Positions 38,336 to 53,828 of a stretch of 64,000 bases of DNA are shown here, piece after piece (position 1 is the stretch's first letter; each line of letters starts with the position of its first letter). Made by a program: the position numbers and the translations under genes. The stretch is from Chlorokybus atmophyticus (lineage: Eukaryota; Plantae; Mesostigma and Chlorokybus algae). The notes under the pieces were generated by a model, which was not told where the DNA came from, made no database searches, and worked only from the letters and a program-made list of their open reading frames with translations. The DNA lies in the NCBI GenBank assembly GCA_009103225.1, contig RHPI01003729.1:62001-126000 (forward strand). The letters are read 5' to 3'.

Positions 38336-41300
38336 CATGTTATGGCGGTACACATTGTTGTTGGCCATGGCTATCTACTTGCACACTACTTGCAAATAAC
38401 TGAGCCTTGCTTGAACACTGCTTGTACACTGTGTGCATGCCCTGCTATCCATTTGGTTGCTATTTCACAAAGCGCACTACAAAGACACCCGTTGTGAGTG
38501 AGTGTCGCGTAGGGTATAAAGGCGCGGACAGCCGCTCAAACTACAGGGGGCATTCACAGTCGTACAAGTCTTGGTCGTCGTGAGTGGCGGCGTTGGCTGG
38601 CTGGCTGGCTGATGTCTCCCTCCTCTGCGATGCTTGTCGCAAATTTACACGGTGACTGTCTAAGGAATAAGGGACTGACGGGTACCTGACCCTGCCTGAC
38701 CTAACGGATTGGTCCATGGAGGGACCTAAACGATGGCCGGTGCTACGTAGTATACTAAGCAACATGTAATGACGGCCAGCGGTCGGCCGATAGCTACACG
38801 CGATCAAAGCCTGCCTGCAATGATTAAAACGTGACGTTACCGCATTTTCAAGTGACGGCCGATCGCCGGTCGTCTATTTTGCTCAATAACGACCTATTTA
38901 GCATAGCTTACAGTCACCTTTCGGTCATTTTTTGCGACGATCGGCTGCTGGTCGTGCCATAACCATCGTAACGTATGCGCGGCGGCTTGCATACTGTGGC
39001 AAGCCAGTCACTGTCAATCCCTATTCCGTCACCTGCCCGCTTGTCGATAAGTGACGGCAGACCACCGGTGGTCCGTTAGTGCGGTGGCGACCTACCGACT
39101 ATGACAATTAAGTGACCGCCCGTCTTTTATTGCCGGCGAGCAATGCGGAACGATGGTACATGCAGCTATCGTACCATACAAATGGTACGAAAATCGCATT
39201 ATTACAATAGCACCATCATACCATTTTTATAGTACTATGGTGCCATTGTAACAACGTTTGAATCACTTGAGTTGCCCAAGGTTGAAAGGCTCAACAGCTT
39301 CAAGCAAGTTGAACACTTGAGTTGTGTAGCGGCGGCGGCGGCGGCGGCAGCGGCGGCGGCGGCGGCAACGGCTAACAATAAGCAAGTTTGCTTGGTGCTA
39401 TAACGTTGTGTTATGCGCAACAGCGCATGCAGGCTTACCGCTTTTTTGGTCTCAGGGCGGCTAGGCCAGGCCAGGCCAGGCCAGGCCAGGCTAGGCTAGG
39501 CTAGGCCAGGCGGCGCGGCGGCGGCGGTATATGGCAAGCAACAGCATGTGTATGTAAGTTGTCACACTGTGAGCATTGGTGTGTATGTTGCTGTTGATGG
39601 AGCTGGTGTGATTGACTTGTGCTTGCAGGAGCGGCGGCGGCTTAATATAAGGCCTTGGATTTGGGTGGTAGTAGTAGTAGTAGTAGCAGCATAGCAGTAG
39701 CCGCTCACAATAGATCATGTTAAAGCATAGTGCCAATATGACTTGCAACACATGTAATGTATTATTTTAAGATTTCATCATTATTGACGACACTCACGTG
39801 AGGTATCTAATCATGAGTGAACGGTTTCCAACAGGTACTCTTAAAAGTACCCTTCAGTAACGGCAGGTACCATGAGGTACCTGTCAGTTACAATCAGTTA
39901 GTGTACAGTCGCCGATACCTAACTATTAGATACCGGTTTGTTACTTATCAGTTAGGTTAACTCCCTTTTGCATGACTGATGGGTGTCCCTATAGGTACCT
40001 GTCAGTTAGAGTTAGTCCCTTTCTGCAGACGGTCGTCGACTGATGGTAACGGCCATTATGCTCAGGCCCCTGTATCGAGCTTGCCGGCAGACTGAAAAAC
40101 GATAGCCTGACTAAGTACTCTCAGACCCACGACCGTCCTATATACTTGGTCGGCTGTCAGGGGTAACATTTTGCGACGCTGTGCAGGTGCTTCCTTTGCT
40201 GCTTGCCGCTACCCCTTCCCTCTACTCCCACCCTTCCCCCCGTCTCTAGCTAGTGCACGTAGCTATAGCTTGGTGGGGCCGCCACCTAGTTGTCTTGCCC
40301 TTGCTTGTGCTGTGTTATTAAGCTTGGATGTGTTGTGTGCTTGCTGCCTTGACTAATTTGGCCCCGATCCATCTGTTGTGTACTAAACTTCTTCCCAGAA
40401 TGATTGTTGACGCTTGGCATGTATCTTCCGGTGATCTGCTCCCATCGTCCGTAGCCGCTCTTTAAGCAAGCCTCAAGAGCGACCTTACGCTTTTGCGTGG
40501 GGCAACTTGATTACTTGTAATTGCTTGCTGTTGCTAGATGATCTTATTAGTTCGTGTATTGTTGATTGCCAAGGGCGGGGGCCAGCATCAGTGCACGTAG
40601 TGAGCATTAGTGCACGGGATGAACAATAAGCAGGACGAGCAAGTGTTGGGTGGCAGCAGTCACAAGCCTTCACTGCACTGTTTGCAGAAATTGTGAGTGC
40701 CACGAGTCACTCCACGGTGGAGCACGCACAAGAGTGAAGGATGCACACACGCTCAGCAAGCAGCACACGACTTTAATAACAGGTAAGTAAGGGTAAGTAA
40801 TGGGCAAATAAGTGTGAGGAGCAGATTCACTGCCCGCATACATGTTGTGTCGGTGCACACTGTTGATGTCCATGGCTAACTACTTGCACATTATGCAAAT
40901 GACTGTGCATTGCTATCTACTTGCACACTATGTGAATAACTGTGCATTGCTACACCACTGCTTGTACACTGTGTGCATGCCACGCTGTGCACTTGGTTAC
41001 TATTTCGAAGTGCGCTCTACAGAGACACCCGTTGTGAGTGCGTGTCGCGCAGGGTATAAGGGCGCAAACAGCCGCTCAAACCCAAGAGGGCATTAGAAGT
41101 CGCACAAGTCTTGGTCGTTGTGAGTGGCGGCGCTGGCTTGCTGGCTAACTTCTCCCTCCTCCGCGATGCTGTGCAAGTGCTTCCTTTCCTGCTTACCGCT
41201 ACCCCTTCCCTCTACTCCCACCCCTCCCCCAGTCTCTAGCTAGTGCACTTAGCTATAGCTTAGAGGGGCCCCCCACCACGTTGTCTTGCCCTTGCCCATA

Positions 41301-41375
41301 ATGTGTTATCAAGCTTGGATGTGTTGTGTGCTTGCTGCCTTGACTAATTGGCCCCAATCCGTCCGTTGTGTACTA
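38336..41375 (+). repeat. Two diverged ~0.5-kb direct repeats (38336-38634 plus 40179-40385, split by an insertion; and 40841-41375); possible LTR pair or TRIM-like relic
   Basis: Shared blocks include gacacccgttgtgagtg...gggtataa...cagccgctcaaac...acaagtcttggtcgt and ctaccccttccctctactcccacc...aagcttggatgtgttgtgtgcttgctgccttgactaatt. Both copies carry a TATAA motif. Confidence 0.75.
38635..40178. mobile_element. Non-autonomous TIR DNA transposon (CACTA/EnSpm-like by architecture), ~1.54 kb
   Basis: Ends are TGTCGCAAATTTAC...GTAACATTTTGCGACG (imperfect inverted). The empty site is preserved in the sister repeat (gcgatgctgtgcaag at 41163), implying a 2-3 bp TSD (CT or GCT). Many subterminal TGACGG/CCGTCA and GGTACCTG motifs. 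No transposase ORF. Confidence 0.65.
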
Positions 41376-42327
41376 TGCATCCTTCAGCTCTGTGCACAAG
41401 TCTGCTTTGCCTTGCCACCTTGAACATGCTTGCCACTCCCCTGCCGCTTCTCACCCCGCCCCTCCGCTCATCCAAAGCACATAGCTACAGCACGTAGCTA
41501 GGCTTGGCGCTTGCCCGTGCAATTGCTGGTGCCTTGGCTTGCGCTTTGCGTGCATGTACTGCTGATGTTTGGAAAGCGTATGCATTTGCCCACATTTGCC
41601 CCGCGGCATTTATCTCACTGTGGCGCTTCTGTGTAGGTGAGGAGCGGTGTTGTGCTCGTTGCCTGCCCCCTCTGCTGCCAGTGCTGTAGGCCCCAGCACA
41701 TCCTTGCCGCTTACTTGCTAATTGTGCACTGTATGCTTGCCTTGCGCTAACACATCTACTGAGCCGCCCCTACCCCTACCCACGCCCAGCTGCACTGCCC
41801 CTCCACACAACGTTGGTTCGCCTTGGTAATGGATAGTGACTGGTTGTTATGCTGGTGGTTTGCCGTGTGGTCAACTGATCAGTTGTGCATATGCATGGAT
41901 GAAGGAACACCTGCACATGTGTTTGTGGTCAGTCCATGCAGCCGCAGCAGCCTGCCCAACGCGCATGGCATTGCAACCACAAAGTCATGGTGCTCGTTGC
42001 AATACACACAAGTACTTGTAGGTATGCACATATAGGGTCGACTTTGACGCTATGATATAGAAAAGTGTTTGCCATAGCTGCTACATGCATTTGAAGGTAT
42101 GAAGGTTCAAACACGAACACACAATGCAGCACGCGCTGTTGTAAATGTCCACACATCAAAGCTGGCAACAAGGATGACATATGCTTAGCAACACGCAAAA
42201 CGATACTCGTGTATTCGTGTAGTGCAAATCGTGTTCCAACAAACAACCACCAAGCAACAACCAACGTGAGATTGTACCATGTACATTTGTGAATGACAGT
42301 CTGTAGCTCCGTAGTCGGTGCCTGCCT

Positions 42328-43604
42328 TCAGAGCGAATAAGAATCATTCAGAACAATCTGGTCCTCACGCAGCATGCGCTTGACCAAGTAGGCCACCAAC
42401 TTCCCTTCGGCATGCTCTTTGATCTTGTTTCGCACATGCTTATGTATCCTAAGAATTCTAAGAATCTCCCAGCGTGCTTCGAGGGTGTTTTCGTCAGTGA
42501 TCTTTTCAAACTCACGCTGGCTGCATCTATGCCTGGCCTTGTCATGCTGCATGTCCAGATCATCCAATCTTTCTTCCATCAACAACTCGAGCTTTGCAAG
42601 CACACCCATGGCAGTCTCAGCAGGTTTCTGCTTGGCACCTGCCACGCAAGTCCACACAGCCACTCTTACAGGAAGGTGGCTGACAAGGGCCAGCATGATG
42701 CTAGCAACTAACGCCTCAGCGCAGCTATGGTCAGTTCCAATACGGTCTCTGTCCCTAGCTTGCACGCCGACGGGTCTTGCAGAAACGTCAGGGACTTGTT
42801 GTTGACATCAGTAGGGATAGCTGCAATCATGCGCTGCATGCGAGATGGAGCTGCTTGGAGAGTGTCACCGCCGGCACGGATGGCATGCCTTGCGACAAGA
42901 ACTTCTCACACGCGCGGCGGATATCCTTCATGTGGTGTTGGCTTGCCAACTCGAGAAGCTGCGCCACACTTTCCTGCGTCACAGCAAGGAGTACTGAATG
43001 CGATGCCACGCACACAGGTATTATCTTGTTGTTGTAATGTGGTGCTTTGCACATTGCAGGTGACGGCCACGCCATGCAGCAAAAGATAGAACCTCTCCGA
43101 CTAAGTGACCCAAACCTTTTGGTCACAAGCCCCCAAAACAGTCAACATACCTTTTTCACGTTGCCTGAAGCAAGGTGCTCGCCACACTGCTGCTTGAGGT
43201 CTCCCATGTTGTACTTGTCCGCCAGCTCCAGCAGCCAGGAGATAGTCTCCTATATCAACACTATGTGTTTGGCACACAACGCACCTTGGTAAGGACAGTT
43301 GAATCTGCAGCCAGCAGCATGCGCAGCACGATCTCCCATTTCTCAGGGCTGTCACCCTGCAGTGGCAGCTCTGTTCGCACAGCTCCCTCGTCGCACTGAA
43401 GGCACTGCCGCAGCTGCGTGCTGTGAAATGCGAGCAGGAACTTGCTGGTCTTGAGTGAGGACCCATCCTGAAAAGTTGTGAGAGGGTTGTTTGAGTAATG
43501 TGGGATGGCGCATGCAATGTGACGATGGCGTGGTAAGGTGTGCGACTCACCTCCAGCTTTGACGTGACGTCGCAGAGCGTAGGATTACCCATGCACCTCT
43601 CCAT
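42328..43604 (-). CDS. BTB/POZ-domain protein; 3' structure unclear, possibly pseudogenised
   Basis: MERCMGNPTLCDVTSKLE|DGSSLKTSKFLLAFHSTQLRQCL...ELPLQGDSPEKWEIVLRML...|ETISWLLELADKYNMGDLKQQCGEHL, followed by a second similar exon ESVAQLLELASQHHMKDIRRACEKFL and a helical C-terminal ORF (42328-42765). Confidence 0.55.
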
Positions 43605-44938
43605 GTTGTGATGGATGCGCTGACCAATGCACACTTGCGCCACTACACCCGCACCAGTATCAGCTTGATAAGAGGGTTGCGCCAACACACACCAATCGAT
43701 GTGTATGCATGCGCTAAACGAAACTGCAAGCCTCAGTCCAGGCAGACCTCAGCTCCGCAAATGGCTTGACAGGAACTGAAGCCTCAATACTCAATCAGCT
43801 GGAAAGCAAGCATGCACGACCACAGTAGCGCTCACATAACAAGCAACGCAACATATACATGTAATGGAGTGAGAGGACTGTTGCATGCATGGTAAGCCCT
43901 GATAAACATAGAGACAAAGCAGGTAGCTGCATGCTGAAAACGTACACCACGGTTCTACAGGGTGCAGCAGGTGGCAAAAAAACAAAGTTTTGTCGCATGC
44001 GCACGTAGTACGCACTTGTGCTTGCAGTGAGACTTGTGTGGGTTGCGCACGACTTCTGAGCAGGTGTCTTAACTTGACCTTTGGGACGCGAGAGATGCAT
44101 GCAAGCTTGCCGACTGTAAAGCTGCAGGCATCCAGCCCCATCACGCCTTAAGCAGGGCGCCTGACAGGCTTGAAAACACCTTGGTGACGATCCTTCTCAA
44201 CTCTGTCGCTGCAGACATGCTTTCTCCGGAGAAAAGAAGCTTTCAACGCCAAGGTCCAAAAGGCAGGGAAAGAAGGACAGGATGAATCGAAGCCGTTAGC
44301 TGTGCGGTCAAGCCATCCGGCAGCTCAAAACATACACCATGAGAGTCTAGTCACAGAGGCACAGCTAACGGCTTCGAAAGACACACAACAACCAGCCGAA
44401 AGCCTCACAAACTGGTTGATCGATCGGAACAACCAGCACCTCCTTTGGAAGTCAAGTTTATGACCACATAAGCATGCATTCGCTTGGCAGGCCCCACGCA
44501 ACCCGAAGTATAGCAACAGTGCAACAGCCAGTCGCCCAGCAATCGTCAATACAAATCACTGTGTAATTTCTGCCTTAAGACTCCGCCAATGAGCAGCCGG
44601 CAGCGCGAACTCACATGCCATGCATCGCTTTACCCCTTGATGCAGCCCTCCCAAGCAGATGTCAGCGCATACAGCAGCCTTCCCCCTGTTCACTCCACCT
44701 TGCGTAAAGCCTGCAGACACAACACCCATACACAGACTCCTACACACTTTGACACATATGCAGTTTTCTTTTGCATCTTTTGTACACACACAGGCGGGTG
44801 CGCGTGCGTGGCAAGGAACTGACAAAATAACGACGTACAGCTGTGATTAAGCTCAAGCAGCCAACACAATGGTAGAGCACGGTTTGCAAATAAGCATATA
44901 TTACGTGCCTAAGTACAGTCTCTTTAACAGTTCTACTA

Positions 44939-47913
<2,975 letters not shown>

Positions 47914-48107
47914 GACGCCTATGCCACCGTCACTGCCGCCGCCGCCACTTGCTTGCTGCTCTGACGAAGAGATATCACAATCATTGCTCGATATCGTCAC
48001 GTTTTGCCTGCAGATGGCAACTCCTGTTTCAGCGCCTACCTTTGATATACTAAACGGTGGCAGCAGCGGCGGCGGCGGCGGTGACGGCGTTGTTGTTTTC
48101 GTCCGCG

Positions 48108-50005
48108 ATGGAGTCGGCGGGGTCAGGGTTTAGTGGGCGGGGTGACCGTGACGAGGGAATTGAGGAGCTGGCGAGGAGGCTGACGGATCGGCGACTGCCG
48201 CTGCCGCAGCGCTTCCGCGTGCTTTTTTCTTTGAGAAACGTCAAGAACAGCCCTGTCGCGCAGGAGGCACTGTTGAAAGGTGAGCTTAGCTGTGTTTTTA
48301 TGGCCTTATCATATTGCATTATAGTAAGCACTGTGCAACATTGACTGACATCACTACATTGTGTGCAGTAATTGAAACATGGTCAATGTAGCATGTTCAT
48401 ACGTACTAGTATTCGAGATGCACGATTAGTACGTACATCTTTGCAAGCGGCATTGACAACTACAGCATTTGCAGTTGCTGAAAAACTCAGCTCCTTGCAC
48501 AGTCAGCAACATCTCCACAAGCTGCCTTCCTGTTGCTGCTTAGCTGTTGCAGTATTGCAAATCCGGTACTGGCTCTTGATTGATTGGCGCTGAAGGTAAA
48601 AGCAGGTTGTTGTTACACGCAGATTATAGATACATACAGATGGCAGAGACGTTGATTTTGTTAACACTCATGCACCAACTATCAGCGCCACGACTTCAGT
48701 TGTAGGCTTTACCTGCATAACATACACCCGCGCGTGGTATATACACATGGTTGTGGTTTAGCTGTGTTCAGTACTTGACTGCAAAACATATGTACATATG
48801 CTTGCGCACAGCGCCTGCTATGGATTTGGCTGAGTTTGTCTCATGCCTGTTTGGTCGCAGCTCTGAACGACCCTTCAGCACTGTTTCGCCACGAGGTGGC
48901 CTTCTGTCTCGGTCAGATGCAAGGTGCCGAGGCCGTGCCGGCGCTGGTCGCTGTGCTTCAAGACCATACAGAGAACTCCATGGTCCGCCACGAGGTAAGG
49001 TGTTGTGAAACATTTGATGCATGCTGGCGATAGTGCGTGGACATTCGTAAGCACACCAAGCATTGGTGCAGTTGTAAAGACTAGTATTCATGTGCACGTA
49101 CACTTGACCAGGTCAGGTGTATATATACGCGAGCACATGCAGTTGGATACACAAATGCGTGTGTGTATATGCGTACTTCTGTATGTACATGTGGTGTTTG
49201 TATGATGAGTGTGAATAAGTATACGGACAGTAGTCGTGTTTGTGCGAGCACGTGCATAGGTGCACCTGCATGCGCGCATGTGTTTCATACTGTCTGTGTA
49301 GACCTGATGTGCCATGTTTATCTGTGCACGCATCAAGCCCCATGCGCAGGCACGCTCACGCAAACACGCGCATGCCTGCAGTTGCACAAATGCATGTGCT
49401 CACACACACGCACGGTCATGCACCCTCGTAGGCACGTATTCATGTGCGCACGTGTGCTGCCTTCGTGGTGCATCAGCACATATCTGCCTGTTTAGAGTTA
49501 GCTGTACATTATGTACATCTAGATTGCATGCACGCTTGCTTACATTGGCCACATATGGTAAAGTGGTCTTTGTACTCAAGGCCGGAGAGGCCCTGGGTGC
49601 AATAGGCACGCCGCAGTGCATCGGGCCTTTGAAGGAGGGCGCATGCGATGCGCTTGCAGAGGTCGCCGAGACCTGCCAGCTGGCGCTGCGGAGGATACAG
49701 CACGCGCGCATTGAAGAGGGAGCAACAGCATCATCCACTTCAACTACACAGCTGTCCCCGTATCTCTCTGTCGACCCCGCACCCGCCGCTGCCGTTGCAC
49801 TTGACGCATCCGTCTCCCAACTGAGGTGAACTTCATATGTTTACCCATCCCACAACAAAACCAACATGAGCGCTAGGGCTGGGACGCTGTGTTGTATACG
49901 TGTTGGTGATTATGACACATGCACCCAAACATACACCTAATGCGCACACATGCATACTCAAACCTGCATACTTGCGTGCACTCATGCATGTGCATATACA
50001 CGCAC

Positions 50006-50037
<32 letters not shown>

Positions 50038-50781
50038 GCACACGCACACGCACACGCACACACATGTGTGTAGAGCGTTGCTGCTGGATGATGGTGGGGA
50101 CCTGTTTGAGCGCTATGCTGCGATGTTTGCACTACGCAACCGCGGCGGAGAGGACGCTGCTTCAGCTATCGCCGCAGCCTTCGGCTGCAAGAGCGCGCTG
50201 CTTAGACATGAGGTAAGCTGGGCTCAACTCACTTGCAACATTGGTACGTGAGAGTGATTGCTCAAGGTCCACATGGCAGGTTGCGTACGTGTTGGGACAG
50301 CTGCAGCACCCTTGCGTAGTGCCCACACTAGCGCGGGTGCTGAGCGACCAAGAAGAGCACCCGATGGTCCGGCATGAAGCGGCTGAAGCATTGGGCTCCA
50401 TAGCAGGTGAGTGAGACTATCCCCTCACTTGCTGGCAACTCATCTGCATAGGTGTATGTGTACAAGTATGGCGGCATCTTGTGGGTAGATGCATGTATCT
50501 GTGAACATGGATGCAGCTGTTGATATAGCACCTATGCAGATGCTAGCTGCATAGCACTTCTGCAGCAGTTCCAACGTGACCCGGAGCCTATTGTCTCTGA
50601 GAGCTGTGATGTTGCGCTGGACATTCTACAACACGAGATGTCTGGCGGGTTCGAGGTACGTTGGCATAGAAGTGCTTTTATTTTTAATTTCAACACGCAT
50701 GTGTATGCGCGTTGGTAAAGATGTGTTTCTTTGCAGTATGCGGACTTGGGCAGTGCAAGTGAAGCTGTCGCTGTTTGTTAG
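48108..50781 (+). CDS. DOHH: Deoxyhypusine hydroxylase (HEAT-repeat diiron monooxygenase)
   Basis: [13 protein letters not shown], four His-Glu motifs ([17 protein letters not shown]|[13 protein letters not shown]|[23 protein letters not shown]), [36 protein letters not shown]|YAD. Stop at 50779-50781. Confidence 0.95.
49988..50066. repeat. (CACACG)n / alternating purine-pyrimidine microsatellite in a DOHH intron
   Basis: Directly visible. Similar (GT)n/(CA)n tracts occur at 5585-5640 and in many introns. Confidence 0.85.
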
Positions 50782-52281
50782 ACATAATGACTCCAGTTAG
50801 TCCAGGTGACCTTGGTTAGATTGATTGACGATGTTCATCAGATAAGGGAGATGCAGATTTGACATATGCTTGCCTAGAGCAGTGAGCACTTTTGAATATA
50901 TGCACTTAATATTGAGGGTTAGATCGATGCTCTCGGATTGTTGAGAACAGAAGTGTTGGGTATCTGGTTGTTTAGGTCATTTTTCAGTTCAGCTGATGCC
51001 GAGATATCATATTGAAGGAGTGAGATACAACAACTGGCATGCCGTGTATGTGCGTGCACAGACTATGGCCCATAGTCTGACACGCTGGCGGGGCAGTTGC
51101 AAGCTGCATGTGGTGGAAGTTCACGCTGTCCAATGAGCCGCACATTGCAGCCACCGCCCTGTTCTCGTCGCAACTGCCCTCCAGCACTATGAAGTCATAC
51201 GCAGCAGCGTGCGTCACGTCCTTTGCCGTTTTGTAAGCTAGTGCTGTCCAGCAGCGGTTGAACTGTTCAACGGCAGACATCTTGTGGCTGCATAGTATGT
51301 AGTTATTATGGTGGTTGATTTGCGGTATACCATGACTTACACCATTGCTATGTACGATGTAGCTGATCTGCAAGGTCAAGAGCGGCTCTAAACAAAGCAA
51401 CAGTAATACACATTCACACGCATGCAATTTGTAATGATCTCAACATGATGCCACTAGCGTGTATACCTAGTAGTTTACCTTGTAGAATGAAGTAGAAACA
51501 ATTGTTACAAGGCTTGCACGCACTTGAAATCTACAACAAAACAACCATATTGCTACATTACAAGAGCAAGGCTACTAGCGGCGGCAAGGCGAAGGGCTCA
51601 TACTGGTTTAAATGTTTTAAGCAGCGCGTCAGCCATAAATCATTCGTACAATTGAAACACTTTTAAAAGTGTTGGCCTATGCAGCATGATATCATGCTAA
51701 CACTTATGTAACACACATACATGTGTAAGCGATGTGCACATCATGAGACCGTGTATTACGCCACTAAATGAATATATATATACACCGTACGTATACAATT
51801 ATATTATACTCTACAATGCATAACACATTCTTATCCATTTACTACTAATTTAAGATTAAAAACAAGTATAGGTCTTATCGACGATAACTGCAAAAATGTT
51901 TATAATTATGTACGTACGTCGTAACGATACACATGCAACATGCAGAAAAGCAAGTTGGCTAGCTTTTCAATACTGTTTCAAGATAACAAATTGATTTAGT
52001 TGTTCACCTGAGATTGTTGTTAGATCATGACGTATCATGTGTATGGATATGCGGCAAATGAATGAATTTAGTTCTTGTTCATCACAATTATTAACTCGTT
52101 GAGTTGCAGTCCTCTTTGATAGCGGACCGTGTGCTATCCCCAACGGGTTGCCAATGAATGAAGTGTGTGCATCATCTGAAGCGTTGAGTTCTGGGCCTAT
52201 GACACCACCACTTGTCCAAATGTGGGAGCCTCCGATGAGTGTGATTTGTCGTCTTGTCCTTCGCGCAGCGCCACCGGGTCT

Positions 52282-52523
52282 GCCACGTCGGCCGGCGCTT
52301 CGCTTAGTGTCACTCAGTGTCACTCAGAGTCGTCACTGTCGCAGCTTGCCAACCTGGATAACAAGCACACAAGGCGACATGCAGTAGGGTGAGAAGCATG
52401 GCCACGTACACATGCGCGCCGCCGTGCATGGCGGTGGCGCTGCCGGTGTGGCACTGCATGCCGGGTGCGGGCCACCCGCCATGCCTACCGACGTGGCCAC
52501 CCCTGCCTTGGACTCCACGTGGC
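52282..52523. promoter_or_regulatory. Cluster of four ABRE/G-box elements (two overlapping DRE cores) upstream of ELIP C
   Basis: GCCACGTCGGC 52282-52292, GCCACGT 52401-52407, ACCGACGTGGC 52487-52497, CACGTGGC 52516-52523. ATG at 52637. Confidence 0.6.
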
Positions 52524-52636
52524 CTTTTACTCCCAGTACAAGAAGCGAGTGTCTCAGGCATAGATTGACAATCGCAAGCTGAATATTTGCTTCTTTGCGT
52601 TGCCGTGCTGCTGAGTGCATTTCTAGCAAGTGAGCA

Positions 52637-53828
52637 ATGGCTTCCACCTCCATGGCTGTCCATTCTGGCCCTGCCGCCCAGCTGGCGCGACCCACACTCT
52701 CCAGGCGCACCAACTGTGAGTGTGCATGTGCATGCCTCACAGCACAGCGTATTGACCGATCATACCCTCGTCCATCTCATGTCAGCTGTCGCTGCTCTCT
52801 CTGCAACATACTAACTGTGTATCCTAACAAACACGTCATTAGCAACTGCATTTCATCAGGCTTGACCCCCTGTCTGTGCAGCTGTGAGGAGTCGTGTGCC
52901 TGTGGTCTCTCCCGCCTTCCGCCGCAGCGTGCGATGCGAGGCCAACCCCATCGATAAGGCCCAGAGCGCCGCCAAGAGCGCCGCTAACGACGCCCAGAGC
53001 AAGGCCAAGGCTGCCGCCAACGACCCCAAGGCCGCTGCCAACGACTTCAGGAGCACCGCCATGGATGCCGCCAGCAAAGCCAAGAGCACCGCCATGGACG
53101 CCAAGGACAAGTTCACAGACATGGTCGACAGCACAACCTCGCAGCAGCGCCCAGAGGTCTCCAGCGCTGAGCGTGTGCGCAAGATGGGCGAGAATACCCC
53201 TGCCATGGTAACAGAGTTGATCCATTAGTTGACTATCTGATTGTCCAGCGCATGCATGCAACGAGCACTGATGATGGTACTTCTGATAGATTCCCAAGCC
53301 TGGAAAGTCTCAGTCCACCGATCTCCTCACCTATGAGGGTTTGCTTGAGCGCATCAACGGCCGCGCAGCCATGCTTGGTTTCCTCGCTGCCCTCGCAGGA
53401 GAGGCCATCACAGGCCAGAGCATTGCCAGCCAACTCACACTCTTCCGCTTCTCCAAGTGAGTGGCGCTACTGATTCTAGCTTCTGCATTAGTGCATGCAA
53501 CAAGTAATCTGTGTGTGACTGTCTGCGTGTGTGCATATGTGCGCGCGTGCATGTCTGCATATATGCATGCGCGTGCATCAAGAGTATCGGTAATAAAAGA
53601 ATCATACCCCCTGTCAGGTTCACTTTCTTCCTCCTCGCTGCTTCCGTCATCGTCAGCTCCATCGTTCCTCCCTCCAAGGGTGTGGGCGATGCCGAGTTCC
53701 AGAACCAGCCCTTCTGGCGTCCCGGCCGCGAGATCATCAACGGCCGCACCGCCATGCTCGGATTCGTGGCTATGCTGGCGACGGAGGCTATTACCGGCCA
53801 GACCACACTTGGATTCTGGCTGTCTTAG
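52637..53828 (+). CDS. ELIP: ELIP (copy C) with an expanded LEA-like 11-mer repeat N-terminal domain; exons 52637-52715, 52882-53207, 53290-53456, 53618-53828
   Basis: Same architecture as A1 (LLERINGRAAMLGF...; GREIINGRTAMLGF...). Exon 2 encodes KAQSAAKSAANDAQSKAKAAANDPKAAANDFRSTAMDAASKAKSTAMDAKDKFTD. Confidence 0.9.

Noticed and set aside
50984-52323. Protein-like ORFs 50984-51427 (-) and 51967-52323 (-)
   Set aside because: No motif recognised and no start or splice context. May be TE debris.
52378-52460. RY (CATGCA) elements beside ABREs, suggesting an ABI3/ABI5-type module
   Set aside because: CATGCA/TGCATG is extremely common throughout this sequence, including introns, so it is not informative.
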